From: Spirochaetia bacterium
GTDB taxonomy: Bacteria; Spirochaetota; Spirochaetia; DSM-27196; Salinispiraceae
Length of the DNA stretch: 64,000 nt
Assembly: GCA_038204425.1 (NCBI GenBank)
Contig: JBBRCZ010000001.1
Location: 224,001-288,000, forward strand
Reading direction: 5' to 3'
A program made the position numbers and the translations under genes. The notes below the pieces were generated by a model. That model ran no database searches and was not told the DNA's origin. It saw only the letters and a list, made by a program, of their open reading frames with translations. Below, piece by piece: positions 1 through 8,447 of the stretch. How positions within the stretch are numbered: position 1 is the stretch's first letter; every line of letters begins with the position of its first letter.

Positions 1-460
1 CCCAAGCGTTGGAGTCTGAAGGAGATAAATAGAAGTAGTTTATGTTTTGATTGAGACCGTTTTTGAGCACAATTTCGCACAGTAAAAGATCATCTATTCG
101 TTGACTGCTTCTGTTTTGGCTAGCAATTGAAATCTCTGTCTTGGCACCATCTGTAATTTGAATATCTTTTAAGTAGTAGACCTGACCCGTATTGTCTATT
201 GCCAAAAAATCAAAGAATTCTGACTGATTTGGATAGAAGACAAAAAAATCGAGTTTCTTCCCGCTTTGAATTTGCTTTGGTCCGGCCAAGATGTCGGCAC
301 TCCAATATGAGCTTTTTTGAGCGGAAACAAATAGGTAGTCTATGACACGAGACGATCCCAATTTGTTTTCTATTGTCACGGTATTGAAGTCTTCTGGGCT
401 GACGCCAGTCAATAAAAAAATTGACAGCAAACAAAGTGCAAAGAAACTTGGGTATTTCAC
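1..460 (-). CDS. Secreted/exported protein with a repeated beta-rich domain; runs off the window's left edge
   Basis: Not in the ORF track; translated by hand. GTG start at 460 with a GAGAGG RBS. Begins MKYPSFFALCLLSIFLLTG (signal peptide) and contains two similar units, VTIENKLGSSRVIDYLFVSAQKSSYW and IVLKNGLNQNINYFYLSPSDSNAW. The frame is open to position 1. Confidence 0.75.
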   Translation of the reverse strand, partial: MKYPSFFALCLLSIFLLTGVSPEDFNTVTIENKLGSSRVIDYLFVSAQKSSYWSADILAGPKQIQSGKKLDFFVFYPNQSEFFDFLAIDNTGQVYYLKDIQITDGAKTEISIASQNRSSQRIDDLLLCEIVLKNGLNQNINYFYLSPSDSNAW

Positions 461-503
461 TGGACCTCTCCAATTATAAAGTACTAAAGCAAGCGTACTT
501 TTA

Positions 504-2063
504 CTATTCTGGATCATTAAGAACCCCATGAATTTCAAGAATCTCTGGGAGCTTTTCTTTAAAGGCTTCTACAACCTTTGGATCAAATTGGGTACCGGCA
601 TTGTCTTGGATATAGTTTACTACCATTTCCACCGGCCATGCAGGTTTGTAAACGCGGTTGTGTAGAAGTGCATCAAATACGTCTGCCACACAGGTGATTC
701 GTCCTACTAAGGGTATGTTGTCAGCTTCTAATCCCTGAGGATATCCCTTGCCATCCCAACGCTCATGATGGGTTAGGGCAATGGTGGCTGCCACTTGTAA
801 TGCTTTGTGGGCGCCGCCGCGCAGCAGATTGTAGCCAATTATTGTGTGTTTTCGCATTTCTAACAGTTCAGCTTCATCCAAAGCATCTGGCTTGCTCAAA
901 ATAGCGTCGCTAATACCAATTTTTCCAATATCATGTAACGGTACTGATAGTTTGAGAATCTCAGCTTCTTGATTGGTCATTCCCATGCTCAGCGCTAACA
1001 AGGCTGTTACGGAAGAAACTCGGCGAACATGATAACCAGTTTCTATACTACGAGACTCCACAACCTCGCCAAGAGTAAAAATCAACTCAGTCTGTGATTC
1101 CTCGATGGTATTGGAGAGGGACATATTGAGTAGAGCAATACCAACATTGTTTGCAAAAACTTTAATTATATCCTGATCTTCTAAAGTCAAAGAATGTGGA
1201 GCCCTAAAAACTATAACGTTTGACGCTCCATCGTCGCTTCTCATATAACCTATATAAAGATCATCAATAAAGCGAGATTCTTTGTTGTTAAACGACTGGT
1301 TGACAAGCGACACTAGCTGCTTGTCTTCAAGGTCATCAATTCGGCGTCCAACATAGCTGTTGTAAGAGCCCGTTGCGCTCACAATGCGCAATTCACCCGG
1401 TGAACCATGAATTGCCAATCCTTCGGCTCTCGCCAAAATGGAGTCTTCATCGGCATCAAGCAAAGAGGTCAACTGGGTAAGCACGCCTTCAAAAAACTTG
1501 ACCAAAGACTGACGTTCTGAAAAAAGAATTGATGCTTGTACGATTTTTTCTAGCCCGAGCCTCGATCGGTTAATGATGCTAAGATCCCGGAAGCCACGTA
1601 GCGCGACCGTTATGGTGGTCCATAACTTTGTGTCGGTAAGCTCCGTTTTTTCTTTGTAGTCGTTAATGTCGTACTTGGTAATGACTTGCTTCTCGGGAGC
1701 GGCTCCCGGTTGACCAGTACGCAAAATAATGCGCACCAGTTTGTCCCTTTGAACTTCTCTAATCCAATGTACCAGTGATAGACCTGCTGTATCATCTTCC
1801 ATTACTACGTCAAGTAGTATTACACCGATGTACTTGTTTCTCTGAATGATCTCTTTTGCCTCAATTGAATTGTGAGCGTGAAGAAACTCAATGCCCCTAT
1901 TTTCAAATGTGTAATCTTTAAGCACCAAGGTTGTAATTGTGTGAACTTCAACTTCGTCATCAACGATTAAGACCTTCCAGCGCCGGCCTAAGCTGACAGG
2001 AATAGTTAGCAGCGGAGACTCTTCCTTAAAGACCAGAAAATCATTTTTTGTGTCCGAAACCAT
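504..2063 (-). CDS. Response regulator with HD-GYP c-di-GMP phosphodiesterase output (REC - central domain - HD-GYP)
   Basis: Receiver motifs VLIVDDE, ILLDVVM and RIILRTGQPG; HD motif LHDIGKIG; HHERWDGKGYP; VADVFDAL. Confidence 0.92.
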   Translation of the reverse strand: MVSDTKNDFLVFKEESPLLTIPVSLGRRWKVLIVDDEVEVHTITTLVLKDYTFENRGIEFLHAHNSIEAKEIIQRNKYIGVILLDVVMEDDTAGLSLVHWIREVQRDKLVRIILRTGQPGAAPEKQVITKYDINDYKEKTELTDTKLWTTITVALRGFRDLSIINRSRLGLEKIVQASILFSERQSLVKFFEGVLTQLTSLLDADEDSILARAEGLAIHGSPGELRIVSATGSYNSYVGRRIDDLEDKQLVSLVNQSFNNKESRFIDDLYIGYMRSDDGASNVIVFRAPHSLTLEDQDIIKVFANNVGIALLNMSLSNTIEESQTELIFTLGEVVESRSIETGYHVRRVSSVTALLALSMGMTNQEAEILKLSVPLHDIGKIGISDAILSKPDALDEAELLEMRKHTIIGYNLLRGGAHKALQVAATIALTHHERWDGKGYPQGLEADNIPLVGRITCVADVFDALLHNRVYKPAWPVEMVVNYIQDNAGTQFDPKVVEAFKEKLPEILEIHGVLNDPE

Positions 2064-2084
2064 GTTCCCCCCGCTCCATTTAAA

Positions 2085-2113
2085 ACTATAACCAGATGAC
2101 GACCAAATTGCAA
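2085..2113 (-). promoter_or_regulatory. Sigma70-type promoter for the HD-GYP gene
   Basis: TTGCAA-N17-TATAGT on the minus strand, upstream of a GGAG/GGGG RBS. Confidence 0.55.
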
Positions 2114-2145
2114 AAGAAATTGAAGTTCAAATACTACAATAGCTT

Positions 2146-2952
2146 CTAAATAAAATCTCCTTGCTTTATGCGTTCTTTAAGTATTATAGTTCGTTTTTGA
2201 TAGTAGAGCTCACGCGATGGAAAAGCCTCTGCCAATGTACCGTACAAATCAATTTCTAGCTCCAGTATGCGCAGAAGTTTGGCCTGTGGGTCTGCGCGAA
2301 AACTCGAATCATTCTTAATAATCATATGTCGCGTATTGAATCGAGTCGCGGGCAAGCTATCTGCCATCTTACGAATGTTGTTGAGTGAGAGGCCGCCACC
2401 GACGGAACTCTCTTTTCCGTTTCTTTGAATTTTTTGTAAGATCGAACGAGTCAAGAGTTGAACTTCTTCATCATCAACCGAGAGGTGCATGCTTTGTGAA
2501 AAATCACCGCGCCCTATGGTGATTTGTGTGATCGATACCATGGAACTGCAGTCAAAAAAATTATCGAGATTGGCATATGCCGTTCGAGTTTCAAGATTAA
2601 AAGAAAGCAGTGGTTTCTTAGTGTTCTGAGATTCTGCAACTATTGTTTGTGCAGCCTCTACAAAGTTTTTAAGTGCATAGGTGCTTTCCACCATAGGGGC
2701 CAAAATCCCGTCCGCACCAATGCTTGTACAGAAGCGAATGTCCCGACGTGCCTCTGGGCCACCAATCTTAATAACTAGAGGTACAACTATCGGACCATCC
2801 AAGTGGCCTTCTGGATTTTGTAAGCTGATCTGTCTAAATAGGAGAAGTTCAGCGTCATCCATATCTTCAACCTCAGTACCGCCTTTGAGTCCGTACAATG
2901 AGGCTTCGTCTTTAAGATTGGCTAAACGCTTTGATAAGTCTTTGAGTTTCAT
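2146..2952 (-). CDS. HpcH/HpaI aldolase / citrate lyase beta-subunit-like protein
   Basis: Motifs KIGGPEARRD, GILAPMVES, NLET and ITIGRGD, typical of this TIM-barrel family. Confidence 0.75.
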   Translation of the reverse strand: MKLKDLSKRLANLKDEASLYGLKGGTEVEDMDDAELLLFRQISLQNPEGHLDGPIVVPLVIKIGGPEARRDIRFCTSIGADGILAPMVESTYALKNFVEAAQTIVAESQNTKKPLLSFNLETRTAYANLDNFFDCSSMVSITQITIGRGDFSQSMHLSVDDEEVQLLTRSILQKIQRNGKESSVGGGLSLNNIRKMADSLPATRFNTRHMIIKNDSSFRADPQAKLLRILELEIDLYGTLAEAFPSRELYYQKRTIILKERIKQGDFI

Positions 2953-3027
2953 AAGAATGATTATCGGATTTTTTTGGCTACAATTGTCAGTAATCTTGCT
3001 AAGGAAATGTTCAAACCTCAGCTTTGT

Positions 3028-3101
3028 CGCGTCCAGCAGGGCTCGAACCTGCGACCTACGGCTTAGAAGGCCGTTGCTCTATCCAGCTGAGCTATGGACG
3101 C
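3028..3101 (-). tRNA. tRNA-Arg(TCT)
   Basis: Reverse complement folds as a cloverleaf: GCGTCCA/TGGACGC acceptor stem, anticodon arm ACGGC-CTTCTAA-GCCGT, GGTTCGA T-loop; CCA not encoded. Confidence 0.96.
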
Positions 3102-3116
3102 TCGGTATGATCGAAT

Positions 3117-3189
3117 TCGGGATGAGAGGACTCGAACCTCCGATATCCTGGTCCCAAACCAGGCGCCATAGCCACTAGGCGACATCCCG
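3117..3189 (-). tRNA. tRNA-Pro(TGG)
   Basis: CGGGATG/CATCCCG acceptor stem, anticodon arm CCTGG-TTTGGGA-CCAGG, GGTTCGAG T-arm. Confidence 0.96.
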
Positions 3190-3200
3190 TATGGAGGCAG

Positions 3201-3229
3201 ATATTACCGGTCTTTAGCCATGAGGTCAA
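3201..3229 (-). promoter_or_regulatory. Sigma70 promoter of the tRNA-Pro/tRNA-Arg pair
   Basis: TTGACC-N17-TAATAT, 11 nt upstream of tRNA-Pro. Confidence 0.7.
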
Positions 3230-4060
3230 CCTCAAAAGCTGTATTTTTGCACGATAGTGGTCTTTCTAGCACTCAGACTTAATGTTGGGCGTGCTCCCGA
3301 CTTTGTTGTAGACTTTAACAATGTTACAAACTCAGACCAATACAGGGACAAAGATAACTGCGCCAAGAAGGTTTTTTTTAAGGTCTCCGCTACTATATTG
3401 TCGCCGCCTTATTTTAAACAGGGGACAAGGTGACTTGCAGCAAAGAAAGCTAAATCCATTTATGCTCTCAACAGTGCCAAGCGCGGTATAAATAGATAGG
3501 GTATTTGACGAAATGAAATTATCCAAAAGATCGTAGTACTTGGACAGAAAAATCGTCAGAATTTCCCAACTACGGTGGCAAGGTAAGGATGCTCAGGATG
3601 AACTAGATCGATCAAATCAAAGAAATTCAACTCTAAAGCATTCTGTTCCAAATACTGATGTTCATATCCCTTGGTGCAGAGCTCTATGATGCTGGGCAAA
3701 TCTCAACTGGGCAATCTGAGAGTGGTGACAGCATTGGCTGCAGCTCGGAGAGAAATCCAAGTTTCGGTGGAAAGTCGTCAAAGTTGCCAAATGACAGTTC
3801 CCTTCGATTCTTATCCCTTCTATTTTTAAATCAGCGCAATCGCATGAATTTGTTCATGTTCAATTATACAAAAGTATTCTCTATTTGCTGATGTTCTCCC
3901 AAAATTCATCAAAAGCTTTTCTATTGCCTCTTTTTTTAACTTCGAACGCGTTTTACGTACCTTGACAACGACAATAGAATAGAAAATTGAGTTTATGAAC
4001 TAAAAAAAACTAGTACTGGAAATATTTAAGCTTAATATTCTCGTCATCAGTCGCAGCACA

Positions 4061-4544
4061 ATGACACAGGACACAATGTACGATGTAGCAAAGCAAGAAA
4101 CAAAATGTCTTTCGTCCGGATCTAGTATGACTTTTGGTTTGGGCACTGCATCGGCTTTGGATATCTATGGCCGTTATAGTAAATAAAATTTTAAATACAT
4201 GTCGCTATTTGCAACCGCTAATGTTACTTACGCATATGCTTTTGATGGTGTCTGCCCAGCTTTTAACCCGGGATTTGGTATAAATGTAACACTACACCGT
4301 ATTGTCATAATGACGTTCAATTTTTTTGGTAGCATTGATGTGTGTTTTTGACTTAATTGATCTGCGGCTGTTTGATGTCAAGCCGTGTATTGGCACTGAG
4401 CTAAAGCCTTTTGCAAGTAGTCGTGGCAGAACATTTTTGTATGTGAACTTTTTAGTCGGAGCAAGTTTTGCAATTGGGCTATTGACATCGATTTGGCTCA
4501 TACAATCTCTCTCTCACTTAGTTTCTATTATAATGCTTATGTAG
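4061..4544 (+). pseudogene. Probable decayed gene, possibly an outer-membrane beta-barrel
   Basis: Protein-like reading from ATG 4061 is interrupted by TAA at 4184 and by a frame change near the T7 run at 4321-4327; alternating hydrophobic strands. Confidence 0.3.
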
Positions 4545-4549
4545 GTGAG

Positions 4550-4864
4550 ATGAAATTTCAAGCAGTGTATCGTATAGTCTTTGACGAATTGTAATTGTTG
4601 AGCCCAATCGGCTCCTCAACTAAACTAAGCAGATGTCTTGAGCACTCGTTACAAGCCGTGCACGAGCAAGACTGGGGACAGTATGAATGAGCTATAGCTG
4701 TGGGTTATTTGTGCCAACAGGGTTATCCTTGATCAAAAATTGAGCTTAGTCCAAACGACATCGCCAATCTATTACCTGATCTTGCCAGTTTTGGGAGGTA
4801 CTCAGAAGCTCAGTGCATGCTCTGGACTATCGCCCATCTGACCACTATCTGCCACCATTTTTGA
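4550..4864 (+). pseudogene. Possible decayed helical/TPR-like gene
   Basis: AGGTGA RBS before ATG 4550; three in-frame stops (4592, 4688, 4730); segment IANLLPDLASFGRYSEAQ is TPR-like. Confidence 0.25.
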
Positions 4865-4885
4865 CCTTCGATAGATGGAGCAGAT

Positions 4886-5266
4886 TTAGCTCCCGCAACC
4901 GCAGCCGCTGCCGCACGAGCCACAGGAACTTGATCCAGTTCCACATCCACCCGTCATCGAATCCAATACGCCCGTCTGCACCAAGTTTAGGCCATCAGCA
5001 ATAGATCCACTTGCACCATAAAAGACCTGAATACCACGGGACTCTAGAGCTGCGATAAATTCATCACTGATAGAGTTTGCAAGTAATCTGCCGGCTCCTT
5101 TTTCTGAAAGTAACTGGGCAGTTTTTTGGCAATCGAGAGGTGTCTCAATGGAAAGAGAACCTATTTCTAGTTCTTCACTAGTCCCCGATACTATCGTATA
5201 GGATTTAGTAGTCTCACAATCTTGGGCTATATCGCCCGCGTTTTCTGGAATAGCCGTTGTTATCAT
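4886..5266 (-). CDS. NifB/NifX (FeMo-cofactor-binding-like) family protein with a Gly/Ser/Cys-rich tail
   Basis: Pattern AQLLSEKGAGRLLANSIS..IAALESRGIQVF.GASGSI; C-terminus GGCGTGSSSCGSCGSGCGCGS. Confidence 0.7.
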   Translation of the reverse strand: MITTAIPENAGDIAQDCETTKSYTIVSGTSEELEIGSLSIETPLDCQKTAQLLSEKGAGRLLANSISDEFIAALESRGIQVFYGASGSIADGLNLVQTGVLDSMTGGCGTGSSSCGSCGSGCGCGS

Positions 5267-5371
5267 AGTTTAACTATAGCAAGCGCACTCAGGATGAGCA
5301 ACTAATAAAGATTTGTGTTATCGATGATTTTTCTTGAGTTTGCAAAAAAAGGGACGTATACTCTTGCGACA

Positions 5372-6016
5372 GTGACTGAAAGTGAACGAAGCCAAGAGAT
5401 CATCAGAATCTGCAAAGATGCGTATGGTAGCATAGCGCCGTTTCTGGCGTATAACACCCCCTTCCAACTCTTAGTGGCTGTGGCAATGTCGGCACAAACT
5501 ACTGATGAACAAGTCAACCGGTGCACTCCAACACTATTTGAAAAATATCCGACGGAAAGAGAACTTGCTTTGGCTAGTCTTGAAGACATTGAGTCAATTA
5601 TCAAGACCACCGGGTTTTTTAGGTCAAAGGCGCGGCATATCAAAGGCGCAGCCATGTTTCTTATTGAAAATTTCGCTGGTTGCGTTCCTGATAACATGGA
5701 GGATCTGATAAAGATTCCAGGTATTGGAAGAAAGTCGGCGGGTGTGATTCTTCACTATATTTTTGGAAAGCCTGCCATAATAGTTGATACCCACTTTGGT
5801 CGCGTATCAAGAAAACTCGGTTTTACCTCTTCTGAGGATCCATTTGTTATTGAAAAAGATATAGCTGCATTGGTACCGCTGGAATTTTGGAGTGACGCAT
5901 CGATGCTGCTAAATGTTCATGGCAGAAGAATTTGCCAAGCACGAAAGCCACGCTGTGCGGAGTGCCGTTTAATTTCATTCTGTCCTTCAGCTATTGTTGG
6001 TAGCAGTCTGGTTTAG
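5372..6016 (+). CDS. nth: Endonuclease III
   Basis: SAQTTD, HhH motif IPGIGRKSA, VDTH, and the 4Fe-4S motif C-x6-C-x2-C-x5-C. GTG start chosen downstream of TTGAGT-N17-TATACT. Confidence 0.95.
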   Translation: MTESERSQEIIRICKDAYGSIAPFLAYNTPFQLLVAVAMSAQTTDEQVNRCTPTLFEKYPTERELALASLEDIESIIKTTGFFRSKARHIKGAAMFLIENFAGCVPDNMEDLIKIPGIGRKSAGVILHYIFGKPAIIVDTHFGRVSRKLGFTSSEDPFVIEKDIAALVPLEFWSDASMLLNVHGRRICQARKPRCAECRLISFCPSAIVGSSLV

Positions 6017-6936
6017 CTTCTGGGCAAAAACTGATGAAAATCAGCCACTCGTGTGAGACCTTCTTTATCCATGAAAGCCCTAATTCCTTCCAAGACCTTG
6101 AGCGACATTAGTGGATCAACAAAATTTATGGTTCCAGTCTGAATTGCGTCGGCTCCAGCTAGTAGAAACTGGATCGCGTGATCAGGCTCTGTAATGCCAC
6201 CCATGCCAATTACCGGTATGCTTATGGCTCGACTTACTTTCCAGACCGCTGCTAAAGCTATGGGAAAAATTGCTGGTCCCGAAAGACCTCCCGTAGACAT
6301 GGGAAGTATAGGCCTTTTGGATTTTGTATCAATTAGCATGCCTACGACTGTGTTGATGCAACTGACGGCATCAGCTCCTCCATCTTGAGCGGCCATTGCG
6401 ATCGCTGCAATATCGGTAACGTTTGGACTGAGTTTGACAATCAAGGGCTTTTGCGTCCTGGTTCTCAGGCGTTCCGTGAGTTTCTGAACCATAGATGGAT
6501 CAGTGCCAATTGCCATGCCACCGCACTTGACGTTTGGACACGACACGTTTATCTCATAGCCATCTAGCGCAGCGTGTTCCTCTAGGTAGTCAAGAGTTTT
6601 AACATAATCATCCTCATAGCTCCCGGCTAAATTGACTATAACGGAGCATTTAAGTCCCTTCAAAAAAGGGTATTTTGATAGAGCAAATTCCCGCGACCCA
6701 ACATTGGCAAGTCCAATCGAATTGAGCAGGCCACCTGGTGTTTCTACGATACGAGGTATTTCATTTCCGCTGCGTGGCTCAAGGGTTACGGCCTTTGTAT
6801 AAATGGCGCCAATTTGATCAACCGGTATTAGTTGCTCGTATTCGCTTCCGTAGCCAAACGTACCGGAGGCTACGCCGACAGGGTTGGACAGTGTCAAACT
6901 ACCAATTTTTACACGTAAGTCGAATGTTTTTGCCAT
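6013..6936 (-). CDS. pyrD: Dihydroorotate dehydrogenase family 1B, catalytic subunit
   Basis: ASGTFG, NSIGLAN, INVSCPNV, VKLSPN, GGLSG; adjacent to pyrK. Confidence 0.95.
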   Translation of the reverse strand: MAKTFDLRVKIGSLTLSNPVGVASGTFGYGSEYEQLIPVDQIGAIYTKAVTLEPRSGNEIPRIVETPGGLLNSIGLANVGSREFALSKYPFLKGLKCSVIVNLAGSYEDDYVKTLDYLEEHAALDGYEINVSCPNVKCGGMAIGTDPSMVQKLTERLRTRTQKPLIVKLSPNVTDIAAIAMAAQDGGADAVSCINTVVGMLIDTKSKRPILPMSTGGLSGPAIFPIALAAVWKVSRAISIPVIGMGGITEPDHAIQFLLAGADAIQTGTINFVDPLMSLKVLEGIRAFMDKEGLTRVADFHQFLPRS

Positions 6937-6945
6937 CGATTCTAA

Positions 6946-7734
6946 TTACTCCCAGTTAATTAAGTCGCCGTCAAAGACAGGACCTTCGCAGCAGACTCGC
7001 GCAAAACCTTTTTGATGATGAATTTTGACCACACAGCCCATGCAGGCTCCAACGGCGCAGCCCATGGTTTGTTCCAATGAAACTTGAACCGAGGCTTTGG
7101 ACAAATTGCTTTTGCTCCACAAATATACAACCCTCATCATCACATGAGGACCGCAAAGGTACAACAGGGGGTGGTTAAGCAGACTACGGCTTTTTAGTGA
7201 AATGAGCCCGTCTAAAACGGTACCTTTGCCTCCGATACTTCCATCATCAGTGTAGAGAATTGTAGCCTTTGGAAAAAGCTCCCGAGGTAGACGCTCAGCG
7301 CTTCGCGCTCCAACTATCAAGATTGGTTTAAAACCATGGTTCACAAGTTCTTGATAAAGAAAAAGCATTGGTCCGATTCCTACACCGCCAGCTAGCAAAA
7401 CCGGCAAGGTCCCGTTAGCGGGCATTGTAAAGCCCTTTCCCAATGGACCAAGGATGTCGATGGAGTCATTAGCTTGATAGGAGCTCAACAAGGATGTAGC
7501 ATTACCCCGTTTTTCGTAGATGAGCTCCAAAGTACCATTGCTGCTGTCAAAGTTGGAGTAAGCAAAGGGTCTTCGTAACAGCGGTGCTATGCCTTCTCCA
7601 ATTCTTATGGTCAAGAACTGCCCGACCTGAGGGATTTCAAAGGGTTCTGGTACTCTGGCAACGAGCTTATAGACACCACTTGCGACTACCTCGTTTGCCA
7701 GAACCTTTGCGGTTTTAGTTTGCATAATCGCCAC
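6946..7734 (-). CDS. pyrK: Dihydroorotate dehydrogenase electron transfer subunit
   Basis: LLRRPF, AGGVGIGP, LCGP, and the 2Fe-2S motif MGCAVGACMGC...CCEGPVF. Confidence 0.95.
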   Translation of the reverse strand: MAIMQTKTAKVLANEVVASGVYKLVARVPEPFEIPQVGQFLTIRIGEGIAPLLRRPFAYSNFDSSNGTLELIYEKRGNATSLLSSYQANDSIDILGPLGKGFTMPANGTLPVLLAGGVGIGPMLFLYQELVNHGFKPILIVGARSAERLPRELFPKATILYTDDGSIGGKGTVLDGLISLKSRSLLNHPLLYLCGPHVMMRVVYLWSKSNLSKASVQVSLEQTMGCAVGACMGCVVKIHHQKGFARVCCEGPVFDGDLINWE

Positions 7735-7737
7735 ATA

Positions 7738-8352
7738 CTATGAAATCCAGTCAGTCGTGGAAAGAGGCACAGGCTTGGATGGTGAAAGTTTGGTATTAAA
7801 AAATTGCCGCCAATTAAACTGTGAATAGCCAACTGCGTCAATTGTTTCAAATTCCATGATGCCAATGTCAAACTTGTTGACTTTAAATGGACTTTCCGTC
7901 TGCAAAAGTATTCTCGATATTGCGGGATCCTGAGATTCTCTGGGCCTATGGCTGGGTAACGAAATGCCAAAAATAAAGCCGTTTGGTAAAGGGCCATCAA
8001 TTGGTCTGAAGAAGCTATCCAGTTCTGGAATTTTATTTTGCAATCGCAAACTGCTAAGCACAATGTCTGACTTGCCGGTACAAGTCACAAATTGAATCTC
8101 GCTTTGCTCAAAAGAAAATTCTGTGACACTATCTGCTACAAACGGCACTGTTTTTAGCACAGTTCTTAGCAGTTGAACATGGGCAAACGTACAGGTTTCG
8201 GCTGCCTGCGCCAAAGGAAAAAAAGGTGGCATCACTGAAAACGCTTTTGCTAGTTCGCGTTCTGTGATCCATTGCGACAGTGACCTATAGAATGCGCCTT
8301 CACCTCGTGTTGGAAAGAGCGCCCAAAAACGTTTTTTTGATATATTACCCAT
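7738..8352 (-). CDS. Hypothetical protein, first gene of the pyrK-pyrD unit
   Basis: 204-aa ORF ending 3 nt before pyrK on the same strand; no recognisable motif. Confidence 0.65.
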   Translation of the reverse strand: MGNISKKRFWALFPTRGEGAFYRSLSQWITERELAKAFSVMPPFFPLAQAAETCTFAHVQLLRTVLKTVPFVADSVTEFSFEQSEIQFVTCTGKSDIVLSSLRLQNKIPELDSFFRPIDGPLPNGFIFGISLPSHRPRESQDPAISRILLQTESPFKVNKFDIGIMEFETIDAVGYSQFNWRQFFNTKLSPSKPVPLSTTDWIS

Positions 8353-8447
8353 TATGAGTAAGTCTTTACCACAAAGTCCGGTTCATAGGAAGAATTAGGT
8401 ACAATGATTCCAAGCCAATTGCCCAGTCAATTGAAAAAAGGTAGCAT

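Noticed and set aside
2681..3178. 165-aa plus-strand ORF and the many other short antisense or overlapping ORFs in the track (e.g. 210-473, 40070-40360, 40689-41141)
   Set aside because: They are shadows of tRNAs or of well-supported genes in another frame or strand, with no RBS or motif support.
3028..3189. tRNA-anchored prophage or integrative element
   Set aside because: No integrase, and I saw no duplicated tRNA 3' end in the window.
3581..3672. PAS-like remnant on the minus strand (GYEHQYLEQNALELNFFDLIDLVHPEH)
   Set aside because: The resemblance is only a few residues in a short frame, too weak to call without a search.
4550..4864. Stop-codon recoding (selenocysteine or TGA read-through)
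   Set aside because: The interruptions include TAA as well as TGA, and TGA is a normal stop elsewhere in the window; decay is the simpler explanation.
7738..8352. 2H-phosphoesterase-like fold for the ORF upstream of pyrK
   Set aside because: Neither HxT motif is present; the resemblance is only impressionistic.
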